The translations under genes were made by a program, and so were the position numbers. This document shows positions 13,401-26,792 of a stretch of 64,000 nucleotides of DNA, piece after piece (position 1 is the first letter of the stretch; each line of letters starts with the position of its first letter). Origin of the DNA: Klebsormidium nitens (taxonomy: Eukaryota; Plantae; Klebsormidiophyceae); the NCBI GenBank assembly GCA_000708835.1, contig DF236978.1:283046-347045 (forward strand), read 5' to 3'. The notes beneath the pieces were generated by a model. That model searched no databases. It worked only from the letters and a program-made list of their open reading frames with translations, and was not told the origin of the DNA.

Positions 13401-15221
13401 GTGCTTTCGGGCTGTACCATTCTATGGGAAAGATCTGCAAGGCTATAACAGGATCTGAGGCAAACCGAAGCCTGCGACGGGGTTAGAAGACGATCTTGCG
13501 AGGGTCCTTACAAAAGAACTCTGCTTTTCATCAGACATTGGTTGAAAGGCAGGTCCTTGCTGTTTGGCAAAAAGCCTTTCACCGGATAATCGTACAATAT
13601 CGGGACAGAGCTACGTTTCTTTGATGCACGGAGTCCCCACCTGCGTCTGCGTCTCCAACAGTCTCCTCTGCACCCCCTCCCTCTCCTCCGCTGCCGCTTT
13701 CAGCTTCGCCTCGCACGCCCGCTCCAGCGCCGTCCGAATGCTCTCCGCTTCGGACGCCTTCCAGTCCGCCAGCTCCGTCCGGTGCGCCGCCCTGATGTTG
13801 TCCACTTTCAGCCTGTACTGCTTTTCCAGCACCGAGATCTGCTCCTGCAGTCTCGCCTCCAATTTCTGCAGCTTCTCCTCAGCTTTGCGTGGTGACGTCA
13901 CGCTGAGCTGGATCTCCAGCTCGCGCACCTTCCGCTTGTACTCTTCCAGCTCCGCAGAGACCGTCTCCATCTTCTTCCGCATCGTGGTGTCAATCGCGAG
14001 GGCTGGAACACGCTTTGTCGGCGCGCTGGGTTCCGGTTTGGAACTCCTGTCACTACTGTTGCTGCTACGCCTGCGACTGCTTCTGGCTGACTCCGTGATG
14101 CTCTGTTTCCGCCCTGACCTGACTGTAGGTGGAGCCAAGCTCTGTCCACCTTTGAGGGGTTGCTGAACCTTCCCTAGACCTGCCGTGCTTGACACACCCG
14201 CTTCTGCCCAGTCTTGACCGTCCCCTGCGCCCACCCCGGTGTCATTTCCCAACGCCCCTAAGAAAAGGTGAGGAAGCACCGGCCGACATATGGCTGCTCT
14301 TTGCTCAAAGTCTCCATCTTTTCCCGCTTGTCCTGCTTGCTGACTCACTTTCCTCACTGTCTTCCCAAATTTACCTCTCGCAACGCCATCCCCAATGCCA
14401 GACACTTCTTCTCTACCCGCTGCCAAAGGTTCTGCCACATTCGCCTTCCTCTCATTGATTCCGTCAATAACCACACCCCCGATGTCACCTGCATCAGTGG
14501 CACCTGCTCCCCTTGTCTCAGCAACCATGGCCCGCAGTCTCTGCTGCACATCTCCATCTAGCTCAGGATTGGTCCGGACACCGCTCAGTTTCTCAACAAA
14601 GTCCTTGTCCAAGAGAAGCTTCAAGTCCTGGTGCATTTCTGGGAAGAGCGTCTCCAGAAGCTGCTCAGGGTCCACCTTTTCGTCCCTGGATCTCCTACTG
14701 CGCAGCGGTTGCCATCCTACAATCGTCTCTCTGGCCGTCCTGGGCCCCCTCTGTGTGGTGCTCTTGAAGGCCGAAGTGGCAGATCGAGCACTCAATGATT
14801 GGGCCCGCTCTCGGTCTGGCAGCTTGTTCAGCTGACCCAGCTTCAGCAGGGGAACCTTCACCCCCGCCGAGTCCGTCGCTGGAATGTGTGGGAGCGTCGC
14901 CTCACTGCTTCTCGCTTCCTTCCCTGACTGCGCCATGTCATCTTCAGCACCACCTGATGCTGCTGCAACCCTCCGTTCCTTCAAAAAGGGGGCGGGATCA
15001 AAATGGGGCTTTGCTGAGCTCCCTTCGTTATAGACAGTTCGAGCTGTCACTTTTTCCTCTGCGACGCCCCTGAAATGGATGCTGGGGGGAAACCCTTTCG
15101 CAGCACCGCCAAAGGCTGCTTCTGCTCGTTTTCGAGCCTGAATGCGGTGATGAGCAACAGGGTCCGAGCAATGCTCTGGGGGGCAGTACGCATTAGGATC
15201 TGGACACCCGTGCCAGTCCAT
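10416..15221 (-). CDS. Large low-complexity/coiled-coil protein of unknown function
   Basis: Exons ~15221-13641 (heptad-rich MRKKMETVSAELEEYKRKVRELEIQL...), 13265-13037 (EAEVTRLRRHCKAIESRSRALERELLELQ), ~12500-12335, 11705-11452 and 10701-10416. Most junctions are canonical and phase-compatible; the 13037-12500 junction and the start codon are unresolved. No recognisable catalytic domain. Confidence 0.7.
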
Positions 15222-16555
15222 TTTGCAGGCAGAAGAAGAGTGACAAAATTGAGATTACTCGTTGCTTCCATCTACTCCAGACTCACAGAATGCAGAGCCA
15301 GAGGGTACTCAAAAGCACAGTCCTTCCTTGCAGGATCGCTCGACTACTCCCTTTCAAGAAATCTATTGCACTATCGGGAACCCTAATTGCGAATACGTTT
15401 GACTCTTCCCTCTGCAGGGTCCCTTACATATCCAACGACGGTATGGTCACTTCCAATGCATGCCGGGAGCCATGCTTCTGTAGACTCTAGATCAGAGTTC
15501 CTCACAAGATCCGGTCCTATGAAAGGAAGCATCTTTCACCTCAGCCTTCAGAAATCTGGCGAGCCTGACTCAAGTCTGAAGCTGCATTGAAGCTGAAATC
15601 CTTTGGTAACCCGGGTTATGTTGGTGTTAAGCACCCCTGAGCAAAATCTACATGAACCGGTCGTAAACCCCTTAGCAGCGCGCTGAGACTCATCTCCCGG
15701 GAAGGTTTATCCGGGCAGATGCCAGAGGGGACTCTCTGATCACCTGAGGTCACGCCGCCTCGATTCTGCCCCTCGGTGTTTCTCTAATTAACTGTGCAAG
15801 TTGCACTGGCACTGGCAGCGGCAAAGTGACGCCTTCCTGAAGACCTCTTCAAGACAATGGCGCAAGCGTCGGCTGGAACGCTCCGGACCCAACTGCACCT
15901 AGCTCGGATAGAAGCAAAGCTCTCTAGAGATGAACGTCATAGTATCGATTATCACCCAAGCAACGCCATCGGGCCTGCCTCACTGCAACTGAGCAGGTTT
16001 CTCTTAAACAATTGGAAGCGGAGAAACAGCGCAGAAGAGAGTGGTAGAGGTTTTGAGTGCCTACATGAAAGGAGTCGGCAATTACACGCTGGCAAGCTTG
16101 GGGGAATGGGTGGCAGGCCCACTATCGAGGCCGCGGCACAGCGAAGGAGGCAAGGGAAAAGGACAGCTGACAATGCTGGTGAGAAACAGCTTGCGGGAAG
16201 GCGGTTCGCGCGCCCTTGTAGTACACTCTTCCTGTAGACCCTGTATGTGCCGGGTGGGCCAAGTGTTGTGGCCTTGTTGTCAGCAATGCAGTGGAGTCGT
16301 GTGGCTCACTTGAGGATGTTGGGAAGTTCCTCCGGAAGAAGTTGGGGCGATAGTCGGGGTGCGATTGTGTACCAGTCCAATGCTGAAGATCCGTAACGTT
16401 CCTTGCTGTTCTCCGATGCGCAGCTGTCTGTCACTACCTTTCCAGGACCGCTCACTCGCTTCCTACTCAGAGCATTGCCCTCACGTTTGCAAAACAACCA
16501 TGGCAGCTTATGCATGAAGCCCGTGACTAAACGAGCACCTTCATTCAACTTACAG

Positions 16556-18809
16556 GCACCATTGCCTCTACCCCCCCATCTCCTGAACTGCTTCAACCAT
16601 CCCCTTCCCCAACCACACCCCCAAACGAGACCCCCTTGGAACCGGAGCCGGAGGCTCCCCCGATCCCAAGTAGAGAGCAAGTTTTGAAGGCCTGTACAGT
16701 CACCAGTCTTGGCATCGGCGCTGCGGGGCTGGGGCTGCGGACGGCGTTCCATGTTGCAGCAACAGCGGGGTTGCCTGTGAATGATTGTAGCGGACTGCTG
16801 CCGGGTAAGGAGCTCATCATTATTGTGCAACTGAGATTTCCATGAAGGCATTGCAAATGATTGACTGGTTTCACTGGCAGGTCCTGAATTATGAAAGAGT
16901 TTTGAAGATTTACCATACACCAAGAGATATCTATGTTTCTAAATATTTGAAACGAATGGTGCTCCTCTTCTACGGTCTCGTCTTGGTCCAGGCAGTAAGG
17001 TGGGCCGGTCGCCAAATTGCCACTGGGTTATGTCGCTCTGCTCGAAGGTTTGAGACTGCCCTTTTTTTTTTGGTTGACTACTGTCTCCCAAGTAGTGCCT
17101 TACCAATCTTTGTCTTATTCGGTCTGATCTCTTATATTGGCTTCCCTTCGCAGTTGCATTCGACCTTCAAGACATTCTGCCAACCGTTGCCATCATTGGA
17201 GGCGTTTCCGCAGTGCGCTGGTTGCTTCTAGCAACATGGAAAGAGTTCAGGGAGTCCAGTGAGGCGTCAAACCGACAAGTGAGCTAGTGTGGCCTCCATT
17301 CCAGCAAGGATCCGTATGTGGCTTTCTTAAGAAACAGGCAAGGAGCAGCTCCCTGCTTGCATTCTAGCCTTTAATTTGACAAGTTGTACTCTCAACCGTA
17401 AGAATCAGATCAGGTATACCCCTCCTTCACCACCAGACTGCCATTAGTGGCCCGCACTTCAGACTGCGGTCGTTAGGGGGGTTCCAATACAGGTATCAAC
17501 AGTCTATCTGAACTTTGATGCCGTTGAAAAAATCAAGCAGTTGGGCAGCCACGTACATTCAGATTCCGTACACATCGCTGTAAGTGGGCTCCTGCGACTG
17601 CTATTCTTTACATCTCTAAGATTGACCAGTGATCTCCAGAACCTTCAAGGCGTTACATCCTAGCAGTAAGAGCAATGCCGAAGCTGGAAAGGGTGGGGAA
17701 AATATAAGCGAGACAACAAGAAGTCCGCAATCGGGAAATTGGGTCGAATCTGCTTCCGGTTCATTTTCGCATCCTTTTCAACTCCGCTCTGTACCTTTAT
17801 ATTTTCGACCTGTTCCAAGTCCACGTCCTCTTCCATGTAATGATGGAACACGTTGTTGGTCCTGATGCAGCTTCTTACCTCGCTAGAGCTGCCGGACGTC
17901 TTCTTACTCGGACTACTCCCGGGACTCAGTGAGGTACGTTCCCTAAACGGGCTTACCTCTTCGTTTCCATTTTATCGGTTCAAGTGTGTCGGAAAGCTGT
18001 GCGGCTTATGAATCCGCGGTCTCTCGAGTCTCAATCGACAATCGACAAGCAAAAGGTCAAGATTAGCCGCCAGCGCCCTCTATGTGTTTGTGACCGGAAT
18101 GTGTGGCACTCCCAGCTCAACGGAATGAAGCGAGCATCTTAGGCACCTCTCACAGACTCCGACCTTTCTCACGATCAGTACTGGCCATCAAAGTTGGCCG
18201 TTGCATCGGCTGTCTCGATATTCGATCGGGAGAGTCGTGACCGAAATCTCCTCTCTCATGCGTAGGAGCTCCTCTTTCGAGGTTTTCTGGTGCCAGCAGT
18301 CTCCCCCGACTGGAAAGGCGCGGTTGTTGCCGGGGCCGTCTTCGGCGTTTTGCACATAAGCGGGGGTCGGAACGTGGCCTTTGGGGCTTGGTGAGAGACC
18401 AGTCCCTCGCTTCGACAAGCTTTGGCAATCGGTAGAAGCTTATCGGCTTTCCGTGCTCGTCGTAACTTTGGGTCCTATCGGATTCATGTTATTCGGATGC
18501 AACGGCAGGCATCTGTCGAATGGCGTTTTGTAAGCGCTGAACGTAACTTCTCCATGACTAGTCTGTCCTGTTTGATTGGAGAAAAAAAGGTCATCTTCGT
18601 AAGCTAGATTTTGCGCAATCAGAATCGAGAGGGTTATGCAGACGGTCAGCCCGAACTTCACATTTTGCAGGGCAAGTGCAGTCGGAGTTGTTTACGGCCT
18701 CGGGGCACTCAGCACACAGAACCTTGCCGTGCCAGTCGTGGCCCATATTTTGAACAACATCGTAGCTGGCATTGCTTGGAAGCTACGGCACGCTCGACCT
18801 TCGCCTTGA
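16556..18809 (+). CDS. CAAX/CPBP family intramembrane glutamic endopeptidase (Abi-like), probably plastid-targeted; 5' exon(s) uncertain (perhaps from ~15857)
   Basis: Exons 16556-16804 (VLKACTVTSLGIG), 17154-17278 (VRWLLLATWKEFRESSEASNRQ), 17871-17933 (LLGLLPGLSE), 18266-18390 (ELLFRGFL...FGVLHISG) and 18671-18809 (VPVVAHILNNIVAG...*). The EExxxR, FxxxH and HxxxN CPBP motifs are present and phases match. Confidence 0.92.
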
Positions 18810-19800
18810 TTGTCACCGATCAATCTCGAAAACTTAGTGGATAAAGCCCATGTATAGATTGTTACCGAAAGGGGGTTACGATATCGAACATTGCGGTCAA
18901 CCTCTGTCATCAGTATTGGGGCTCGGGTGGTTACGGTTGATCGGAAGTCTGGACTTGCGCGACTGTCAATAAGCGCAACAAGCGGGTCCGGGTTCAATTG
19001 GCCGTTGAGCCGTAGACCAATAAACGTAAGTGTGCGCAATGCACCGTGAGGATGCTGTCTGCGGCGCTGGCTTGCAGGCATTTGACTCACTCAGTATTTC
19101 ATGACACAACGAAGTTTTGCGCAATCGTTCCAAGTATGACATCCTCTAGCCCGCTGTACATAATGTTGAACAAAGTATGTAAAACCGACCTCACAAATGA
19201 TGCCGATCTCGCGGGTGTTGTACAAGAATGCAAACTCATACCGTTACACAAGATACGCGGTCGAATGGTCGGGACTATCGTGATCATTGTTCAAGGACAG
19301 GATCGCCGGTGGCACGTGTCATGTGCTATACTGATTTGCATATGGTCATCTCGACATTAATTCTCCAAGTCTGCACCAAGTATTTGAGTATTGCGTGAAC
19401 GCCATTGTTAACAAGTGTATGAGCTACGATGAGTCGGCCGACAAAACGAAGAATTGTGACGACAAGCATTCACAACAGATCCGATCCTTTCAGTTTGAGT
19501 TCCGACCATCAAACGTCTTATGAGTCTGGACTAGACATCCGGATATTAAGTCGAGGGTCATGACTCAAACGCCTGAGCACTCGCACGTACGGTCGTACAA
19601 TTCTCAGGCAGCTGAAGTCAATGTTACTCTAGCTCAGTGAGTGGTCGATCATGAACAGAGTATTGTCTCAATCAAAAGAGGACGATCAGAAACCTTTGAA
19701 CTTCGAAATAGGATTCCGAGCTGCAGTGTACTATAGCGTGCGGCTAGCCAAGCTGCCCAGCAGTCTGCCTGAGCGAGCTAAGAATCGACATGCCCCAGAT

Positions 19801-22009
19801 TCACGGTACGTGCTTATCCTTTGCATGCTCAGGCTTAGCGATCACAGAATCTAGCAATTCATTTTCTGTCTGGCTGCTATTTTCGTAGTCCTCGAACTGT
19901 TCCCTGATCAGCCAGTCTAGGTATGCCGGCATGAACGCCACAGCAAACATCAAGCCGACCATACAGGCCCCGTAAGTTGTGCCTGCGCCTGGACTAGTGG
20001 CGTACCCTGCTTGCCCCACGTTCTGCAACGCGATCTGGACCAGGAACAGCAGCACCATGACCTTCGGGTAGAAGGGACTCTGAAAGAATCTCGAAGGAGA
20101 CGCGAGGAGGTATGATGTGGCTCGAATCATGCTGAAAACGCCTACGAGGGTCAGCACGCAGCCAGCCGAGATGCCTGAGCCGCTCACGGCAACGAAGAAT
20201 GGCCCTGCCGGAGGGGACACCGGCTGCATTATATGAAAGAGGAGAAGAATCAGTTTGAAATGTCCTTCTTGTCAAATCCTCCATCTTCAAGAAATGAGAC
20301 TTCCTGAAGAGGTCATTGTCCTCAGGTCCTTTCAATGATACTGGTACATAGGTCCTGAAGGTCGAAGCACTGGATATTGCATTGAGAAACGCAGGGAGCA
20401 GTGCTCGCAGTCAAGAACTCCGGAAAGACGTCTGGAGGTCACTTGGTTTCAGTCTCGTCACAAAAATGGTTGGCCCACTTCAAAACCAATGCAGAAGCTC
20501 AAAGAGCTCCTATGCTTGCTATCCACTCTCTGAAAGCGTTGATTGAGCGGTAAGTACTTACCTCCCGATAGCGGCTACCTCCTCGTGCAGAACAGACGAT
20601 GATGTTTAGCAGAAGCTGTGAGGCCCCAATCAGGAACAAGAAGAGACTCCAGAGCAGCATGTACAGGGGCGCCACAACGGGCGAAGCTGTCCCACTGTCA
20701 ACGTTCGCTTGTAGACGGAAGACCTTCTGTGAGAAGAAGATCTGGGACCACTGCAGAGCTGCGTTGTAGCTGACCCCTCCAGTTATCTCCTGCACGTAGA
20801 TGAATTGAGTTATAGATCTGCCTGGAGCATATATTAGTATGCGAAATGAACAGCTATGAATTCTTTATGAGACATTTTGTCGCTTCAACATCGCCAAATC
20901 ATGCACGCCTAAAGATTCTTCGACGAATCAGAAGAGCTTGTGGGACAGTGACTTACCAGGACTGTAACGATCAAAGATGTACGAGCTGATAGTCCTGCAT
21001 AAATGCTACCCTCTATGGTTGCTTCGAGGAACACCGGATATGCGACAATCTGCACTTTTGTAACACTTCAGTCAAAATAATTCGAGTACAACGGCAAAGC
21101 TTGAGCAGCAGAAATGTCATAACGACTATGAAGCAATCTTTCTTGACAGTCCAGAATGTGCATTGGTTCTGTGATCGGATAGAGGCACTTGAATGAAAGA
21201 TTGTCCACGTGTTAAATCAGCATCAGATCTCGAGCTACAGATCTGTCGTTAGACCTATACTGGCGTCAGATCTATAGAACATTACGAACAGGCTATTACC
21301 ACAAAATCAAGCAACAAGGTGGATATGGGATGGATATTGAGATCTCACCCACACGGGCCAGCTCAACGTTGTGACGATTGCGACAATTATGTTTACAAGG
21401 CTGAAGGTCTTCTGCGCTCGTGATCCATCCAAGCCAGCTTGTGACTTGTTGCTTGGCAAGGGTAACAGAAGCTTCAATCCGCATCCAAGGCCTAGAAGCG
21501 CTGAGAGGCATTGCAAGGTCCCTGCCTGCACAGCCGGTCATCACTAAATTTAAACGCATTCTATTTGAAAGAAGAAGATGTGCACGGTCAGCTAAAAGCT
21601 TCAACTTCCTTTTGCAGCTTCAGTTTATCGTCAACATGGAGTTTGAAGAAGGAAGAAAGCAAGGTGTAAGTTCTTCCAGAGCAGTGTAGCTTTCAACGAC
21701 ATCAAGCAGGACCTACATACAGCAGATAACCTTGCATTCAAAGCCGCCGATCTGACTGGAACAGATGAAAGCTGGCTCTTCAAGACAAAGTAAATGACGT
21801 TTTTGACTTACCAGTAGTAAGTATCCGAGTGGGAACAAGCCAGACCTTCCACTCCATTGCGCCGACGAAGGCCAAGGAATTGATGAGACGGCGTTTATCC
21901 TTGTGATTCCCTCCACGAGCAACAGAACTGAGAATAGAGAAAGTAGACCACCAAAATGTGCTTGCTTCGTCAACGTTGCTGTATCAAGAAGTCTACTCTC
22001 GGACGCCAC
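19801..22009 (-). CDS. Uncharacterised multi-pass membrane protein
   Basis: Hydrophobic exons ~22009-21812 (HFGGLLSLFSVLLLVEG), ~21525-21349 (AGTLQCLSALLGLGCG...), possibly 20994-20957, 20789-20562 (PLYMLLWSLFLFLIGASQLLLNII) and 20223-19801 (KVMVLLFLVQIALQNVG...GLMFAVAFMPAYLDW). The last two join in phase 0. Start and middle junctions uncertain; family not recognised. Confidence 0.65.
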
Positions 22010-25000
22010 GGCTCGTCTGATTCGACATCGGTCGCCGCATTGCCTTGAGTTGGAGGCGCCATTATGCCTTCTTAACGTTGTCTCCAGCCTCAGCGTTCAA
22101 ACAAAGAACGGAAACGAGAGCCGAACTTGGCCATCATTGGCCATCAATTGCGTGCATAGATCCCCTAAAATCTTTCTCCACAAGATCAAAAACGGCCCTT
22201 GAATCGTAGTTGCTTCCAGAGCTTTGCTGATTGCTGTTTAAGAAAGTTCATCCCTTTGCTGAAACGTTGTACTTTCCTCTGTGCACATATCTCAAGCTTA
22301 AGATCGGAGACGCGGAGCTGCGGATGCGCAATCTGGTGCCAAGCCAAGTGTTTCTCCTCCCTGATCAGGAGCGCCTGAGCATCAATGCAGAGCCAGACTT
22401 GTAGCTCAATTCCTCATATCCTTAGGAAAGATGCTTGTGATCAGCTTCGTTCAATCTTTATTTGAAAGTACTGGCGGGAGATGACGGGATTGGCGCTCCT
22501 TCGGGCGTCTGAAATGCACCGGCTAGACTCGCTCTTCTAGTTGCGTCCGAATCGGGCTCGGGCAGTGGTCCGGGCGTACGTACGACTTGTCGGACAGCTC
22601 GATGACGCAATCCGGTTACACTTGTCTGCACCAGGAGCATACTAAGAGCTAGAGTCCTGCTAATATGTCAGAAGCAAGAGCTGGAAGCCTGACCCCAAAT
22701 GATCTGCTGCCATCGAAGCTTCGAATTTGTCCTCTGTTGATAATATTTCAGTCATATTACAACAATGATGTTCACATTCCATATGTTGAAACATGCATGT
22801 AACGTGAGGGCCTATTTAAGCTGTCAGCAACGTATCTGTCGTCATGCTCGAAATACGTCTCTCCAGGCAAGATGACGTCAGCGATTCCACAGTCAGTTCG
22901 TGAAGTCGCTGATGACTGCTACGTATACATACTGTCACAGTCAGTCAGCTGTCCAATTTTTGAACACAGTTTGCAACTCCCCCAGCATTCAAGACATCAA
23001 GATCGAAGCAAACTGCTCCAGCAATCGCCTGCGGATTTAACCGCTTGCGAAAGGAATGGACAAGCGACGGGTTTTCTTGGTTCCTGGGAATCAACTACGG
23101 TGACCCACATCCTATCTGATAAGGCCTCCGTTTTCTGCGGCAGATTTGTGAGTTGATGGATCAGTGGTTTTTCCACCCAGCCGATGTCTGCAAGGTGAGG
23201 GCTGAGAATTTGTGTGGATCAGTGTCCGAAGTTGACTGGGGCCAGATCCTAATAACTCACGTGCGAAACTCTGAGATCACACTGGAAACTTAGCAACTTC
23301 AGGACGTATGTCTCTGTCGAACAGCGGATTGCCAAGTGTCATCATAAGCCGGCCGCGCCGCAGACCATTATTGGGCCTGAAAGCTAATAGGCCAGTCAGT
23401 CTGTGGGAGGCCCACAATACTGAAACGCGGCCTCCTGATGTATCCGAACCAAGGTGAGAAGCTTCAGTCTGCATACCTCAAACCGCAAATCTGCTTTGAA
23501 GGTATCAGAATACTTCAGGTCTGGATTTATCTGGCAATCTTTTTCTTTCTGTCAGCCGTCAGTGTCTTTCATATCTAATATATATAGATCCGGCGCACTG
23601 AAAGTCTGCTGTTCGTACGCGTCCGACACCTAGTAGTCTGCTTCAATACCATCCAAAGGGCATCACCCTTTGTTCTAATCTCACACGCGACGCTGTGCTT
23701 TCGAGACCATTTCGAACTCTAATTGGAGGCCCACATGACGTGTTGGCAGTACTACGTGACATTCGCAAATGAGATGCTCAAACTGGGTCGAGAAATGACG
23801 GTATACATACGGAAGCTGGCCGGCTGGCGGGCTGGCGACGACTCAAGACGGTGCAAGCGGACGGCCGGTACGAACGTGCAGACACGAGAGAAGAGATATC
23901 TATGGATGAATAGATTGCGAAGACGAGGAACGAACTCAGAGGCCGCTTGAACGTCTGGTTTGTTGGCGTCAAGGGAGCAGAAAGGTACTGCCGGGCCACC
24001 TTGACATCAACTAGGACTGGCAACCCGTTGGCAATATTTTAATTTTTAAGCTGCAAGGAGTACGACGTATCACACGAAATTTTCAATGCAACGGAGGCAC
24101 ATGACTAGGATGTTCATCTCACTCTTTCTAGACGTTTCGCGTGACCTCTTCAGTTGACGAATATGGGGCGTGTTAGAGTTCGTGCGTCTGTGACGCCTGT
24201 GTGACGTCTGTGACGCACGATTTTCTGTTCGAACAGAAAGATTCAGAAATTGGCCGGCAGCTTTGCTACACGGCAAACTGCGGATTTGCGCTCGGGGTAG
24301 ATGATCACAGTGCTCGGCCAAACATGTGGCCGTGGAAGCTTGGCGCCCATATAGTGTAATACGTGCTTTCCGCCAAATTAGCTCTTCAATCGAATGGCTC
24401 AATCGGCGGCCTGTTGACAACATCAACCGGCGGCTTCCAGCTCGAGCTCCCTTGTGGCTTGCAATTGAAACTCGTTCTGTTGCGGAAGAAAGTCTCTGCA
24501 CACCATCATCACAACATGACCTCAGCAGGCAGCGCCGCACGTGTCCTGCCGGCCGCGGCCGGGCGCCGCGCGCCCGAATTGAATGCGGCCCGGCGATCGG
24601 ACGGTCCCATCTCCGACCGTACAACCACCAATCGGTCCAATGATTGGCGGGGATGATTGACGAACTGGATTCCCCGGGTCCGGTTTGTGAACAATTTGCC
24701 GCTCCGCGTGGTGACCGGTAGACGTCCCTCGGATGCTTCAGCGATGATAGCGGATCAAATGATTCCAGTATCGGACCTGCGGTCGTCATCTCGTCACCAT
24801 CTGGACTCAGGTAAGATGGAATGTTGCAATGCGGTGACATCGACTACCTTATGTCGGCCTCCTCTCCCTTGAGTACACCGTGACCGAGAACCTGCAGAAA
24901 TTCGCTCTGGGTGAGCTCTGGGGCAGCTTTTCAGCTTTCTTGGCGCGCTGCCCTTTCCAGGATAAGAAGGTCGCTTTTCTGGAATACAGGCCGCTTGGCA

Positions 25001-25260
25001 ACTGGTGGTCCTTCAAGGTCAATAGCAACATCAGTGCAAGACAGATTGGGTTGGTTCACAACAGTGATTGCGACAGCTCTGTGAGCAACGACACCGATTC
25101 TTTCGCTTATCAGTGTAATAAAATGCTGCAGCTTCCCTCCTTGCCTCAGTGTTGCTCTCAATACAAGCACCTGTACAAAAGCTGCTGAGATCTAACTGCA
25201 AGGAAGCTCCCTTGTAACATATTGTAGATGTTGCCGAGTAAGCGTTTGTCAGAACAAAAA

Positions 25261-25959
25261 ATGGACCGCTACAATGTCAAGATCTTGTCCGACGGCCCTG
25301 ATCTAGATGCTGCGCTGGCACTGCTGTATAACGTGTACGTCAAGGAGATGAAATGGAAACCAGACCCACGCAACCCTGCGCGCATCAGAATCGACGGCAA
25401 TCGGTTGGTTGACTCTAGGGATCAGTTTGCCACCTACTTTGGGCTCTTTGAAGGCGGCGAGCTTGCCGCGTGCTGCCGGATCTGCGCTCCATGGAATGGA
25501 CGGTTTGAAGTGCAGTGCTACAACGTGGCAGCGGACTTGTCGATCCTTGACAACATGGAGAATCTTGTGGAGCTCAACAGGCTGGCCGTGCGCAGAGTGT
25601 CAAGGGGGCGCGGGTGCATTCTCAGGCTCCTCATTGGGGTGGCGACATACTGCAGGGACAGGGGCCTCATGATTGTGGGCGGGCCGGCATCCCCGGTTGT
25701 TATCCATATTTTGAAGAAGATTCAGTGGCCCGTCGTGGAAGGCTGCACCTTCAAGTATGAGAGCAAGGACCCTTTTGTTTGCCAGCTCTTCCTTGTGACG
25801 AGCGCGGATCAGATAAATAGGTCCATAGCCATCGCGTCTCAATTGGTAGCGGAGAAAGAGGCTCGAACGAGAACGAGGGGTTTTGCAAGCGCACGGACCG
25901 TTCTGCAGAAGTTTTGGTGGAACATCATGGTACTGATAAGTACGTGGTATAAGAGCTAG
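25261..25959 (+). CDS. Intronless GNAT-fold N-acyltransferase, LuxI/FeeM-like (232 aa)
   Basis: Single ORF from ATG 25261 to TAG 25959. Motifs LYNVYVKEMKW, VDSRDQFATYF, LAACCRI, VELNRLAV and RRVSRGRG resemble the acyl-homoserine-lactone synthase/N-acyl amino acid synthase branch of GNATs (motif recognition by eye). Confidence 0.75.
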   Translation: MDRYNVKILSDGPDLDAALALLYNVYVKEMKWKPDPRNPARIRIDGNRLVDSRDQFATYFGLFEGGELAACCRICAPWNGRFEVQCYNVAADLSILDNMENLVELNRLAVRRVSRGRGCILRLLIGVATYCRDRGLMIVGGPASPVVIHILKKIQWPVVEGCTFKYESKDPFVCQLFLVTSADQINRSIAIASQLVAEKEARTRTRGFASARTVLQKFWWNIMVLISTWYKS

Positions 25960-26792
25960 ATGAGGTCGATTCGCAAGATCATTGACAAGGCAGCCAGATC
26001 GCAATTGGACCAAAACAAATGGGTTCCGTCAGACCTTTGGCACTGGGCCTGTGATTGAAGCTAGAGGTCTAGAGGTGCTGAGTCAGATTTTGACTGGCTT
26101 TTACGAACTTGGAAGACAATAAATCTCTGTACCATCGATATACAACAAGTGACCATCTATATACAAATCCAGAATATGATCATTAAGCTGTTCCAATTGG
26201 GCAATTTACTATGAAGCTACTGGATCGTCCTCGAGTTGCGTACACGACCAATGAACAGCGATATAATCAAGTGCGGCCTTATAGGCGTCCGACAGTACCA
26301 CATGGTGCCGGCCGGGGCACATTGTACTAAGTATGTCACCTATGTTCAGCTACCACTGTGACAGCTTATATGCCGCGCGACCGACTCTGTGTAGGCTTCG
26401 CTATGAATCGATACAATATCCACACGGGGGCACATACACCCGGCCGCGCGCGGCTGCATCTAGCTGCGTAATTAAGTATGCAAATTATAACACGCATTCT
26501 GTACGGACCGTGTATTTAGCCCGAGACCGGGGCCCACGCCTTATAGGCATCGTTAACTAATAATGATGAGTCCACGGTGAATGGAAGTGCATAGCCATGC
26601 CTACTGTTGATCCAATTGAACGATCGGAAGTCATGATTCCAGAGCCGTCTGACCTTTGGAGAAAGGAGACAACACCCTTCAGATCCGGAAATAGGCATCC
26701 AGGTAGATCCGTGTTTTTTCGCTTGCTTCTTGTTTGTCTATATGCGGGCTATGATTAAGTATGTGGTGGTAATGTTACAAAGGCGGCCTTAG

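Noticed and set aside
13564-14166. 200-aa plus-strand ORF
   Set aside because: It is the antisense shadow of the coiled-coil exon on the minus strand.
22300-24000. Scattered short ORFs and splice-like signals
   Set aside because: No phase-consistent exon chain or recognisable domain could be built.
24070-24840. 256-aa minus-strand ORF
   Set aside because: It runs through a GC-rich palindromic patch, has no recognisable motif or splice context, and is probably a chance ORF.
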